DNA of 41,586 bases from Bacteroidota bacterium. Lineage in GTDB: Bacteria; Bacteroidota; Bacteroidia; NS11-12g; UBA955. How positions within the stretch are numbered: position 1 is the first letter of the stretch; every line of letters starts with the position of its first letter. Made by a program: the position numbers and the translations under genes. Shown here in pieces: positions 15,354-25,169 of the stretch. The stretch covers positions 1-41,586 of the forward strand of contig CANFXY010000004.1 in the NCBI GenBank assembly GCA_947451105.1. Direction: 5' to 3'. A model generated the notes under the pieces. The model made no database searches. It saw only the letters and a list, made by a program, of their open reading frames with translations, and was not told the DNA's origin.

Positions 15354-17024
15354 TTATAGTTCGTTTAGTTTTTCTAATTTTTCTTTTACACGCATTGTGT
15401 TTGTATGTATTTCACCAAAGGTTTTAATAAAAATAGGCAATGCTTTTAGATAATAGATTTTTGCCAATTCAAAATTCTCCAAGTCTGCATTGCATTTGCC
15501 AATGTTATAATATGAAAAACCAAAAGAAGGGTGGTCTTCTTCGTGGATATCGAGTTTTATTTGCAAGCTTTTTTGAAAATAAACCATTGCATTTTCAAAA
15601 TCGCCAGACTGCTGGTAAACGCCTCCAACATTGCTAATTGTTGATGCATACCAAGGGTGCTTTATGCCATATAACTTTTCCAATATAGCCAATGCTTTAT
15701 TGTTGTGTTCTAGAGACGATTTAAAGTCTTTTAGATTTAAATCTAACATAGCAATATTGTTGTAAAGGGTTGCCGTCCATTTATGGTATTCGCCAAAAAT
15801 GTTTCTGAATATCTTAATGGCTTTATTGAAATATAGCCTAGCCTCAGCATATTTTTTATTGCTGCTAAAGAGCTCCGCAATGTTGTTGTAAGAAATTGCT
15901 GTATCTGGATGGTGTCTTCCGTTTGTTTTTTCTTCTAAATGAATCGATTTATTGTAATAATTTAGTGCTTCATTAAAGTCCCCTTTTTCATGGTGCAATT
16001 GGCCTAAGTTATTGTAGATTTTGCCGATTGACTCATGCTCTAATCCAAAATTTTCTATGTAAATCTCCAATGCCTTCTCGAAGTTTATTTGACTTTCCTC
16101 AAATTTGCCTTCATTCAGCAGAGCACCACCCAGATTGTTGGTAATTTCTGCACTTATTTCAATGTGTACTTCATTTAAAAGATCAATTATGCTTAGTGCT
16201 TTTTTATATGCAAGAATCGATTTATTATAAGTTCCCAAAGCATTCCATTCTGAACCAATATTTTGAAAAAATACCACTGCTTCCTTGTCATAATTTGGAA
16301 AATTTATAGCCGTTAATTGCTCAAGCTTTTCCACTTTCTCATTGGCATTTAAAAATTTAACTGAATGAACAAACAATAGTGCTTTTTTAGGGGTATCTGG
16401 TTCAATAAAATTTAAAACTTCTTTTAAAATAAATCTCAGTATATCACTTTTTTGAAGTTTTTCTAATTTGCTTACAATTTCAAGCAGTAGTTTAATGTCA
16501 TTGTCCGAAGATGTTTCGAATAATGATTGCGCAATGCTTTTTATAGCTTGATTTGTCGAATCTTTACTTGCATTTAAAAAAGCATGGGATAGGGGAACTA
16601 GCGTTGAATTTGTGAACTTCCCACCAAAGTCTACAAACCATAACAATAAGTCAAATTCATGGCTGTCAACTTTTCGAATCAAAAATTGCTCGAACCCTTC
16701 ATTTAAACCTGTTAAATTAATTTTATTAATATATTCGAAAATTTCATTTGCCGTGAGATTTGAAAATCTAGCTTCTAAAACCTCACCCAGCACATAATGA
16801 AAATAACCCTCAACGGTAAAAGTAACATATAACTTTTCATCTCTAATATTTTCTGTTAAAACCCCTTCCAATAGCATTTGTTGATAGGGTGAATCTATTT
16901 GTATGCTCTTAACGAAATCTCCAATTTGTTCATCGTCGAACAGCAAATCCACTGGCAAGATGTGTTGCTCGTGTTGAAGCATGAGTTCAGAAAGGCGGTA
17001 TAGGAGAAGGTGATTAGAGGTCAT
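15354..17024 (-). CDS. Winged-helix-like N-domain + about 7 TPRs (42-aa type); module 3
   Basis: Conserved MTSN...EGYFHYVLGEV N-terminus; YNNLG/HP TPR pattern. Confidence 0.88.
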   Translation of the reverse strand: MTSNHLLLYRLSELMLQHEQHILPVDLLFDDEQIGDFVKSIQIDSPYQQMLLEGVLTENIRDEKLYVTFTVEGYFHYVLGEVLEARFSNLTANEIFEYINKINLTGLNEGFEQFLIRKVDSHEFDLLLWFVDFGGKFTNSTLVPLSHAFLNASKDSTNQAIKSIAQSLFETSSDNDIKLLLEIVSKLEKLQKSDILRFILKEVLNFIEPDTPKKALLFVHSVKFLNANEKVEKLEQLTAINFPNYDKEAVVFFQNIGSEWNALGTYNKSILAYKKALSIIDLLNEVHIEISAEITNNLGGALLNEGKFEESQINFEKALEIYIENFGLEHESIGKIYNNLGQLHHEKGDFNEALNYYNKSIHLEEKTNGRHHPDTAISYNNIAELFSSNKKYAEARLYFNKAIKIFRNIFGEYHKWTATLYNNIAMLDLNLKDFKSSLEHNNKALAILEKLYGIKHPWYASTISNVGGVYQQSGDFENAMVYFQKSLQIKLDIHEEDHPSFGFSYYNIGKCNADLENFELAKIYYLKALPIFIKTFGEIHTNTMRVKEKLEKLNEL

Positions 17025-18714
17025 TGAGTTTGTTTATCTTTTCATTAAGTAGCAATGTATAATGATGTCCTTCGCCTAATTTATCCTTGAATATTTGATG
17101 AGCCTTAGAATAGTAGTTGTAAGCTTTTTGATATTCAAGTTCTAATTTGAAAATGTTGCCGATATTATTGTATGATTTCCCTGTAGCTACATGGGAATCT
17201 CCAAAAGTTTTTGATCTTATTTCAAATGCTTTACAATAATATTCCTTAGCAATTTCACTTTTGTTTTTATTAAACCAAGCTGTCCCTAAATTGTCGAAAA
17301 CTATCGCTGTAAAAGGATGTGATTCACCTTCATTTTTCAATGCAATGATTAATGATTTTTCATAAAAACTAATTGCCATGTCATAATCTTCATTTGAATT
17401 CCATGCAGATCCTAAGTTGTTAAAAGTTGTTCCTGTTAATGGATGCTCACTGCCATATACCATGATATCAATTGCTAAAACTTGCTCATGATAGGATATC
17501 GCTTTCTTGCACTCACCTTTTTCATTTAATGCCAAAGCTATATTGTTGTATACAGTGCTAGTTGAAGGATGTATTTTTCCGCAAACCTTTAAATGAATTT
17601 GTAATGATTTTTCTAGATAATCAATTGCTAAATCATATTCACCTTTTTCAATTAATGTCAATCCTAAATTGTTATAAATTTCCCCAATAGATATATGTTG
17701 ATGATCATGAGAATTTGTTAGGATTTCCAACGATTTTTTATAATATTCTATGGCTTTATCATAATCACTCTTGTCACTCCAGCAATCACCTAATTTGTGG
17801 TAACATCTGGATATTGATTGATGTATATTTCCGTGAATCTTCTGTGCAATATTCAATCCTTTTTCAAAGTATTTAATTGCTGTTTCATGTTCTGCTATAT
17901 TTTGAAATTGTTGCCCTAATGTGTAAAAAAAATAAGCTAATTCTTCGTTCTTTTTAAGTCTATGTGATTTGTCGATTAGCTGATCTAGTTTTTCTCGTCT
18001 TTGATTGAATGGTATGTAATTTATAGACTTTATATAGGCATTAGCTTCAAATAAATTAGTTGGCTCTATAATCTCATTAAACCTTTTATATATAGTTGCA
18101 ATATGGTCATGTTTTTGGATTCCCTCTAAATGTTTAATCGTTAATTCAAGTACATTGAAATCGTTTGTGCTTGGAAGATTAAATAATTCATTTAGAACTC
18201 TATTTATTTGTGTTGCATAACCTATATCAGTATTTTCTTCGGAATTGATTTTTTTTTCAGATTGTAAAAAAGCATATGAAAGAGGAACAATACATATTTC
18301 TATGTGTTTTCCTCCGTAGTCAATCAACCAGATCAATCTTGTAAAATTATCCATTTCAACATCCCGAATCAAACACTGCTCAACCCCTTCCTTTGCGCCA
18401 TTCAACTTATTCTCCTCAACAATTTGCTTCAAGGCCTCAGCACCCAATCCTTCAGTTTGGTTGTATATAACCTCGCCCAACACATAATGAAAATAACCCT
18501 CCACGGTAAAACTTATATATAATTTTTCATCTCTAACAGATTCTGTTAAAACCCCTTCCATGAGCATTTGCTGGTAGGGTGAATCTATTTGAATACTCTT
18601 CACAAGATCTCCAATTTGCTCATCATCAAAGAGCAAATCCACTGATAAGATGTTTTGCTCATGTTTAAGCATCAGTTCTGTAAGGCGGTGAAGGAGGAGG
18701 TTGTTAGAGGTCAT
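17014..18714 (-). CDS. Winged-helix-like N-domain + about 7 TPRs; module 2
   Basis: 70 of the first 82 residues identical to module 3 (hand count); overlaps each neighbour by 11 nt. Confidence 0.88.
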   Translation of the reverse strand: MTSNNLLLHRLTELMLKHEQNILSVDLLFDDEQIGDLVKSIQIDSPYQQMLMEGVLTESVRDEKLYISFTVEGYFHYVLGEVIYNQTEGLGAEALKQIVEENKLNGAKEGVEQCLIRDVEMDNFTRLIWLIDYGGKHIEICIVPLSYAFLQSEKKINSEENTDIGYATQINRVLNELFNLPSTNDFNVLELTIKHLEGIQKHDHIATIYKRFNEIIEPTNLFEANAYIKSINYIPFNQRREKLDQLIDKSHRLKKNEELAYFFYTLGQQFQNIAEHETAIKYFEKGLNIAQKIHGNIHQSISRCYHKLGDCWSDKSDYDKAIEYYKKSLEILTNSHDHQHISIGEIYNNLGLTLIEKGEYDLAIDYLEKSLQIHLKVCGKIHPSTSTVYNNIALALNEKGECKKAISYHEQVLAIDIMVYGSEHPLTGTTFNNLGSAWNSNEDYDMAISFYEKSLIIALKNEGESHPFTAIVFDNLGTAWFNKNKSEIAKEYYCKAFEIRSKTFGDSHVATGKSYNNIGNIFKLELEYQKAYNYYSKAHQIFKDKLGEGHHYTLLLNEKINKLNDL

Positions 18715-20233
18715 TGAGTTCTGATATTTTATCTTTTATCAATTTGGTTGTAGAATGATTAATCCCTAATAATTGTTTGAAAAGGCTGTACGATTTTTTA
18801 CAGTTCTTTCTTGCATTTGAAATGTCATTATTATTTTTTTGAGACATTGCAAGATTATACAATATCGTAGCTGTCATTACATGGCAATCTCCATTTATTT
18901 GAATTGAGTATGTTAACGATTTACTGTATTTCGTTACGGCATTTTCGTATCTTTCTTCATACTTGTAAACCACTCCTAGATTGTTCAATGTTACTATAAT
19001 TGAAGAATTAGGCTCGTTGAAAATATTTTCTTTAATTCTCAGAGCCTCTTCGTAACAATGAATTGCCAATTCATATTCTCCTGATGACCTATAAACTAAA
19101 CCAAGATTATTATAACTTGTTGCTGTAATCTTATCAAAACTACCAAAGTTTTCAAGAGTCAGCTCAAGAGATTTAATTTGGTATTTTAATGCTGTGCCGT
19201 AAGATTCCTTTTGGCGGTATGCCTCTCCAAGTGTCGAATAATTACAATCTTTCTCATAATAATTTTGAATCGATTGCTTATTTATAATCTTGTTAGATTT
19301 TTTCGCATAGTAAATAGACTTTTCCAAATCATCCTTGTACAAACTGACTTGAGCCATGTGCATGTAAATTTTAACTTTTAATGGTTCATTTAATTTTACC
19401 TTTTTTAAAGCCACAGCATAAAGCGAAAACGCATTTTTGTAATCTGAAATGAGTTCGTATTGATATGCAAGAGCGTAATAAAAATCTGACGGCACACCTT
19501 TAAGTGAAACCAACTTTGCTTTGAGCGAATGCAATCTTTTTTTTCTCGTAACGGGAGAAAGGTATTCGAGCGAATTTATGATTAACATATATTCTTCAGG
19601 TGTTTTTGGACTCAGAAATCTACATAAAAAATTACAAATAACTTCTAAATGCTCTATTTTATTGTATTTCTCGAGCATTGAAACTGCATCTGAAATCACA
19701 TCGATATCTAACAAAGAATAATTCTTAAGCAGCTTTTTTAAAATATTTCGAATTTCTTTTTGACGACTTTTAAAACTACATTTTAAAAATGCATATGCCA
19801 AAGAATTTACACATACTTCAGTAGAATTTGACAAATTGTCTATTAACCAGATCAAACGGGATAGATTATCCTTCTGAACATCCCGAATCAAACACTGCTC
19901 AACCCCTTCTTTTGCACCGTTTAATTTATTATGCTCTATTATTTCTTTTAAATATTCAGCGCTTTTTCCCTCAGATTTTGCATAAATTACCTCCCCCAAC
20001 ACATAATGAAAATAACCCTCTACAGAATAACTTACATACAACTTTTCTTCTCTAACAGATTCTGTTAAAACCCCTTCCATGAGCATTTGCTGGTAGGGAG
20101 AATCTATTTGAATACTCTTTACAAAATCTCCAATTTGCCCATCGTCAAACAGCAAATCCACTGGCAATAGGTGTTGCTCATGTTGGAGCATGAGTTCGGC
20201 AAGATGAAAAAGTAATTTATGATTATCTGTCAT
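18704..20233 (-). CDS. Winged-helix-like N-domain + about 6 TPRs; module 1
   Basis: Same N-domain; shares LNGAKEGVEQCLIRDV with module 2; in frame with the upstream ATPase. Confidence 0.88.
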   Translation of the reverse strand: MTDNHKLLFHLAELMLQHEQHLLPVDLLFDDGQIGDFVKSIQIDSPYQQMLMEGVLTESVREEKLYVSYSVEGYFHYVLGEVIYAKSEGKSAEYLKEIIEHNKLNGAKEGVEQCLIRDVQKDNLSRLIWLIDNLSNSTEVCVNSLAYAFLKCSFKSRQKEIRNILKKLLKNYSLLDIDVISDAVSMLEKYNKIEHLEVICNFLCRFLSPKTPEEYMLIINSLEYLSPVTRKKRLHSLKAKLVSLKGVPSDFYYALAYQYELISDYKNAFSLYAVALKKVKLNEPLKVKIYMHMAQVSLYKDDLEKSIYYAKKSNKIINKQSIQNYYEKDCNYSTLGEAYRQKESYGTALKYQIKSLELTLENFGSFDKITATSYNNLGLVYRSSGEYELAIHCYEEALRIKENIFNEPNSSIIVTLNNLGVVYKYEERYENAVTKYSKSLTYSIQINGDCHVMTATILYNLAMSQKNNNDISNARKNCKKSYSLFKQLLGINHSTTKLIKDKISELNDL

Positions 20234-20239
20234 CAGAAG

Positions 20240-22699
20240 CTATTGTGAAATCAATTTCTCATGGTACAACGACCAAATGCTGATAAATCCACCACGGCTC
20301 TTTGGCAAGCCTTTGCCATTGTTTAATTCGAGGAACAAACGCAGCAATAGTGGATTGTCTAATTGGTCGCTTAAAGAACGGTCGTGGTAGGTCAGTTCTT
20401 CATAAGAAAAATTTGGTTTGCGTCTCACCTTATCTTGCTTATCATTTACATACTTATTCCATGCCCCTTCTACCTCAACTTTATTCAGTGGTTTTAACCA
20501 ATAGCAAGATTTAGCAATGATATTTTCATCATTGTTGTTTTCCTTGGCATCGCTGTATATGATAGACTCGAATTTGTCATCGGCTTGCGGCAATTCATTT
20601 TTGGTATTCACCCTCCAACTTAATACAATTTTAATGTGCCCACCTTTATGCTTGTCTAAAAACTGAATAATTGAATCGAAAAGCACTTTAGGATCAGAAT
20701 TTTCATTTGCTCCATCAATTAGAATCATTAAAGGATTCTCTTGTTCATAGCGAACGAAATTTGCCTCTTCAAAAGAACTGTCTGCTGTTAAATTTAATCG
20801 ATAGCACAATTCTTCCCAAATATCAGGCGTTCTAAAACGATTGCCCCTTAGTAAAATTGTGTTTAAACCACGTTCTTGATACTGTCTATTCATCTCAACC
20901 AATAAATTGGTTTTCCCACTTCCCGCTTCAGCTGAAAGAAAAAACAAACCAGCTCTTGCGCCAATCCAAGACCTTAGAGCAACTTCTGCATCTTGTCTCT
21001 CTTGGTATATGCCCTTGATAACTTTCTTTTCAGTCAGTAATGATTGAAAAGTTGCCTCGTTATTTTCTTTCAAAACGGCTTTCCAACTTACTTCGTCCAA
21101 ATCTTTCATGTAAGCAGGTTCTTGCTTCTCTTTATCTCGAATCATTAGATTCAGCTGATCTAACACTTTTTCATTGTTTGTTTCACCATGAACGCTTTCA
21201 GGGCTAAAGAATACGATACGGCTTCCTGTGTTTTGCTCATAGACCATTAGTTTTGCTCGGTCAGAAACTTCTTTAATGAAATATTCACCAGGCAATATAA
21301 AAAATGGTACAATGCTTAACTCTTGGTTGTCTGAATTCAATATCGCCACATTGGATTTTAATTTTTGCCTTAGATTAATTTGTGTAATTTCATCCCCCAT
21401 TAAGCGCCATGCAATTGTTTTATCGCTGCTCACAATGTTGTAGTTTTTACAAAAATCCATTTTCAGTAACAGCGCTTTTAACAATTGAAAATGCTCATTC
21501 CACAGCTGATTTGATTGGCTTTCATTAGGAACTGTTCCATGCCCTAGATAGTGGTTGCGAAAATTAATGAGCTTGCCTATTGCGGTTTCCCCTTTTTCGG
21601 CATATGGTTTTGTTTCTACTTCATTGTAGTAATCTGGTAATTCCTTAATAAACCAAGAATATTGATGCTCATTCAAGGCCTGTATTGCACTGCGCATAAA
21701 GGCGTTCCAATGACCAAATTGAGGACGGTAAAGGAAACTTTTAAAAGCGCGGTTGATTTCACCAATTTTTAAGTCACTGTTGAAGTATTCTGATGCGGTA
21801 AGTAAACCTAAATATTTTAAGTAGTTTAACAAGACCTCTTTTAATAAGTGAAGTCGCTTAAACCCATCTTCTTCCTCTAAGGCACGTTTGTATGGGTGTG
21901 CCAAAAAATAAGGGTAGCTGCTTATTATCTTATTGTCATTTGAATCAATATTTATCTTTGTTGTTGCTTCCAATGAATCTTCTATACTTACTTTGTCAAC
22001 GGATAGTTGGATTGCGGATTCAAATGGAAATAGCTGATTCTTGAAACTTAAAACAATAGAGCCATTGCAAACCTTGTCATGTCCATGAATGCTTTGATTG
22101 TTTGATGAGTCAGTAAAAGTTAGTTCTGAAAAGGTGTCTAAGGATTCAATGAATGAGTTTAAAATTGGTTCGTAAGATTCAAAAATTTTCTTACTTTCAT
22201 TTTCTGAATAAACCGTTCCATGGCCGACATATTTATTTCTAAAATTGATTAAAAGCTCTACAGGGGTATTGTTGATCTCAAGTATTTGTTTCTTGCCTTT
22301 GCTGTCAATTACAGTGTGCTTAACTGTCATTCTTTTAATAGACGCTTGTTTTTGGAACTTTATTGAGACACCAAAAAAACTTGCTAATTCAGGTGATAGC
22401 AATTCAGAATCGCGCGCATCTAATTCTTGTATTATTTTTGTTATAGTAGAAGTCCATAATCCATGGCTGTCTTTTATCAATAGGGAATCAATTGATTGTT
22501 GCAGGGATTCGTTGATCACTTCTTCTCCCTCTGCTATTGCAATTAGTGCATAACCATATAGCCTAAAGCATCCTAAAAGTACATCTGAAATTAGATGCAA
22601 TTTTTTAAAATAATTACTCGAATTATATAGTTTAAATAAAGGTAGTGAAATTTGGACTGGAATCTGCTCTAAATTCTTAGGTCCTATAGTTGTGTTCAA
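20240..22699 (-). CDS. Tandem HEPN-like domains + NACHT-type STAND ATPase lacking its winged-helix/TPR part
   Basis: LINFRNKYVGHG and LINFRNHYLGHG; Walker A AEAGSGKT; Walker B MILIDGANE; NPLLLR; paralog of the N-terminal part of the 1404-aa protein. TTG start is uncertain. Confidence 0.85.
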   Translation of the reverse strand: MNTTIGPKNLEQIPVQISLPLFKLYNSSNYFKKLHLISDVLLGCFRLYGYALIAIAEGEEVINESLQQSIDSLLIKDSHGLWTSTITKIIQELDARDSELLSPELASFFGVSIKFQKQASIKRMTVKHTVIDSKGKKQILEINNTPVELLINFRNKYVGHGTVYSENESKKIFESYEPILNSFIESLDTFSELTFTDSSNNQSIHGHDKVCNGSIVLSFKNQLFPFESAIQLSVDKVSIEDSLEATTKINIDSNDNKIISSYPYFLAHPYKRALEEEDGFKRLHLLKEVLLNYLKYLGLLTASEYFNSDLKIGEINRAFKSFLYRPQFGHWNAFMRSAIQALNEHQYSWFIKELPDYYNEVETKPYAEKGETAIGKLINFRNHYLGHGTVPNESQSNQLWNEHFQLLKALLLKMDFCKNYNIVSSDKTIAWRLMGDEITQINLRQKLKSNVAILNSDNQELSIVPFFILPGEYFIKEVSDRAKLMVYEQNTGSRIVFFSPESVHGETNNEKVLDQLNLMIRDKEKQEPAYMKDLDEVSWKAVLKENNEATFQSLLTEKKVIKGIYQERQDAEVALRSWIGARAGLFFLSAEAGSGKTNLLVEMNRQYQERGLNTILLRGNRFRTPDIWEELCYRLNLTADSSFEEANFVRYEQENPLMILIDGANENSDPKVLFDSIIQFLDKHKGGHIKIVLSWRVNTKNELPQADDKFESIIYSDAKENNNDENIIAKSCYWLKPLNKVEVEGAWNKYVNDKQDKVRRKPNFSYEELTYHDRSLSDQLDNPLLLRLFLELNNGKGLPKSRGGFISIWSLYHEKLISQ

Positions 22700-22802
22700 A
22701 TTATAGATAGGGTGTTTAGAAATTTGATTGTGGTTTATTTGACATGGTAATATGTGTTACTTATTTTTTATAGGATTACCTATGTTTACATATTATAAAA
22801 TA

Positions 22803-22810
22803 CAAATATA
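22803..22810 (-). promoter_or_regulatory. Candidate Bacteroidota -7 box for the split STAND operon
   Basis: TATATTTG on the minus strand about 100 nt upstream of 22699; AT-rich context, so it could occur by chance. Confidence 0.35.
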
Positions 22811-23236
22811 ATTTTATATTCAAAACAGACAATGAAATTCAATGAACATACAACTTACTCATATCAAAGTATAATTAATCAATTTAAACGGTAGATAATG
22901 AGCTGAAAAGCATTTGTTTTTATTGTTGTAAACTGTCAATTTGCTTTCATCGGGTGAACTGCATTGATAAATTCAATTATATTGCAGACATGTATTTGAG
23001 GTTTTAATTTTGACTCGGTTCATTTTAAGAACGACGTTATAATCTCAATATCAAAAAATAAGTTACATGTCTTTGGATAAAAAATACAAATTATAACAAC
23101 GAATTTTAAAATGGAAAATAACAAACCAAAGCGGAAGCATTTAAAAACAGCAATTGAATTAAATCTGCCAGCGGGCTTGCCCAATTGTCGTGTGCTTGTT
23201 GTTCCATATAGTATTAATTAAAGATTAAAAATCACC

Positions 23237-23626
23237 TCACATCAAAAAATATAAGAACCAATTGATCTGTTCTCTTGACCAATTGTCAATTCGAGCAATT
23301 ATTTTGTTAGAACTGTCATAAATGTAGTTTCCATCTATTCGCCATAGCTGCTGGTTTGAACCGTTGTAAAAGTAGTTGCCGTCAATTCTTCCTATTATTT
23401 TATTGTTTTGGTCATACAAATAGCTGCCAGACTTTCTTCCAATTTGTTTATTGCCTGCATCATACAAATAATTGCCATCAGATCGGCCAATAATACGGTT
23501 GCCTGCATCGTAAAAATAATTACTGCTCACCCTTGCTAGTATTGTATTAGAACTGCTGTATAGGTATTGGGCATTTATGTTTCCTGAATAGAAAAACATT
23601 GTAATTAGTATGGCGACTGTTCTCAT
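23237..23626 (-). CDS. Secreted protein with six 16-aa beta-hairpin repeats (beta-flower-like)
   Basis: Signal peptide ending INA-Q; repeats of the form Y[LFI]YDxxNKxIGRxDGN; -7 box TATTTTTG at 23652-23659. Confidence 0.8.
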   Translation of the reverse strand: MRTVAILITMFFYSGNINAQYLYSSSNTILARVSSNYFYDAGNRIIGRSDGNYLYDAGNKQIGRKSGSYLYDQNNKIIGRIDGNYFYNGSNQQLWRIDGNYIYDSSNKIIARIDNWSREQINWFLYFLM

Positions 23627-23771
23627 TGCTTTTTTGATGTAGGTATAAATACAAAAATAAGTTTACGCCTTGGAAATGTTATTTTTATTTTTAATCATTT
23701 AATACCAAGCCCGAGGATTTAGAATTAATATTTTAAATTATATTGCAGTCCTTAAAATTGCTGCAAATTCA

Positions 23772-25169
23772 TTGGCGAAATCAAAGTTAAATATAGAAGA
23801 AGAACTTTCCCGTTGTGTCAATCAATTGTTGTTGCAGGAACCATTCTATGCCCACGTTTTGGCAGGAACCGTGCGTGCAATTACAGATGAGGTGCAAACT
23901 GCTGCAGTGGGTTTTAGAAACGAGCTCATTATGTTGATGGTGAATGAGGACTTCTTTCTTAAAGAGCTTAAATCAGCTTACCAACGCACTGCCGTTCTCA
24001 AGCACGAGGTTTTGCACTTGGTGTTTAGACATTTGTTTAGAGATAAAATAAAAGAAGATCCTGAACTCTTCAACATTGCGGCAGACATTGTGGTGAATCA
24101 GTATATTGGCCAATGGGAATTGCCAGACTCCGCTGTTACCATTGAACGTTTTCCGGATTTAAATTTAAAAACGGAGCAAAGCCTAGAGTATTACTATGAT
24201 ATTTTATCACAGCTGCAAAAATCCATTGATCAATCCAAATCGCAACAAGAATTAGATTCGGGCAATGGAGGCGATTCAAACGGTGGATCAGGAGGGTCGC
24301 AGGGCGACAAGGGTGGTTCAGGGTCTAAAGACGATTCATCTGGGCCTGAGAAGGGCAATAAACCAAAACAAAAGGAGACTGAAAAACCCCTCCATGAGCA
24401 GGCGCCCATAAGTGCTAGCGCCTTAGAGCAAATATATGGACAAGTAAGACACGGCGACCATTCAAAATGGGTGGTGAAAGATGGGTCAAATGCGTATACA
24501 GCAGATGGAAAGTCTATTCAAGGCAATATGGTTTCAGGCATGGAAACCATGACCGATAAAAGTATTTTGGATGCAGTGCAGCGCATGCCTTCCAAATATT
24601 ATGGAACATTGCCTGCTGGGGTAATCACGCAATTGGATGCCATCCGCGAATCCATGAAACCCAAGTTGGATTGGAAAAGGGTTTTGCGCTTGTTTTCAAG
24701 TTCAAGCGGCAGAACGGTTGTATACCACAGCATGAAGCGCATCAGCAAGCGATATGGAACAAGACCCGGAGTGCGCATCAAGCAGTATAAAAAAATTGCG
24801 GTTGTGGTAGACACCTCAGGTTCTATAGATGAGAAAACGCTAATGTTTTTTTTTACAGAAATAGAAGCCATTCGCCGCAATGGTGCTGAGGTTACAATTA
24901 TAGAATGTGATGCGGCAGTTGGTAATGTATATCCGTATAAAAAGTCTGCAAACATTAAAGTTACAGGTGGTGGTGGAACCAATTACGACCCAGCTTTTGA
25001 ACACATCAACGCGAATCGAAATTTAAGGATTGATGCGTGTGTGTATTTAACGGACGGCTATGCGCCTGAGCCACAGATAAAGCCAAGATGCAAACTCTTA
25101 TACGTCATAACGCCTGATGGGAAACTAGGTCCTCATCTTAAATTTGGCAAGGCGATTAAAATGAATTAG
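23772..25169 (+). CDS. HExxH metallopeptidase-like + vWA protein (DUF2201-like)
   Basis: LKHEVLH, FNIAADIVVNQ, Gly/Ser linker, MIDAS VVDTSGS, GGGGTNY, YLTDG. Confidence 0.88.
   Translation: MAKSKLNIEEELSRCVNQLLLQEPFYAHVLAGTVRAITDEVQTAAVGFRNELIMLMVNEDFFLKELKSAYQRTAVLKHEVLHLVFRHLFRDKIKEDPELFNIAADIVVNQYIGQWELPDSAVTIERFPDLNLKTEQSLEYYYDILSQLQKSIDQSKSQQELDSGNGGDSNGGSGGSQGDKGGSGSKDDSSGPEKGNKPKQKETEKPLHEQAPISASALEQIYGQVRHGDHSKWVVKDGSNAYTADGKSIQGNMVSGMETMTDKSILDAVQRMPSKYYGTLPAGVITQLDAIRESMKPKLDWKRVLRLFSSSSGRTVVYHSMKRISKRYGTRPGVRIKQYKKIAVVVDTSGSIDEKTLMFFFTEIEAIRRNGAEVTIIECDAAVGNVYPYKKSANIKVTGGGGTNYDPAFEHINANRNLRIDACVYLTDGYAPEPQIKPRCKLLYVITPDGKLGPHLKFGKAIKMN

Larger units (their letters stand above)
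16785..20233 (-). repeat. Three direct repeats of about 240 nt encoding the shared N-domain (about 16785-17030, 18475-18720, 19995-20233)
   Basis: Shared strings such as cacataatgaaaataaccctc, ttctgttaaaaccccttcca and agcaaatccactg occur in all three copies. Confidence 0.9.

Noticed and set aside
15354-20233. Diversity-generating retroelement or invertible shufflon acting on the TPR genes
   Set aside because: No reverse transcriptase in the window, no adenine-specific template/variable repeat pair noticed, and the repeats are direct rather than inverted.
20240-20242. Genome-wide TAG recoding as the explanation of the in-frame stop
   Set aside because: TAG acts as a plausible true stop for genes ending at 5762, 14752 and 25169.
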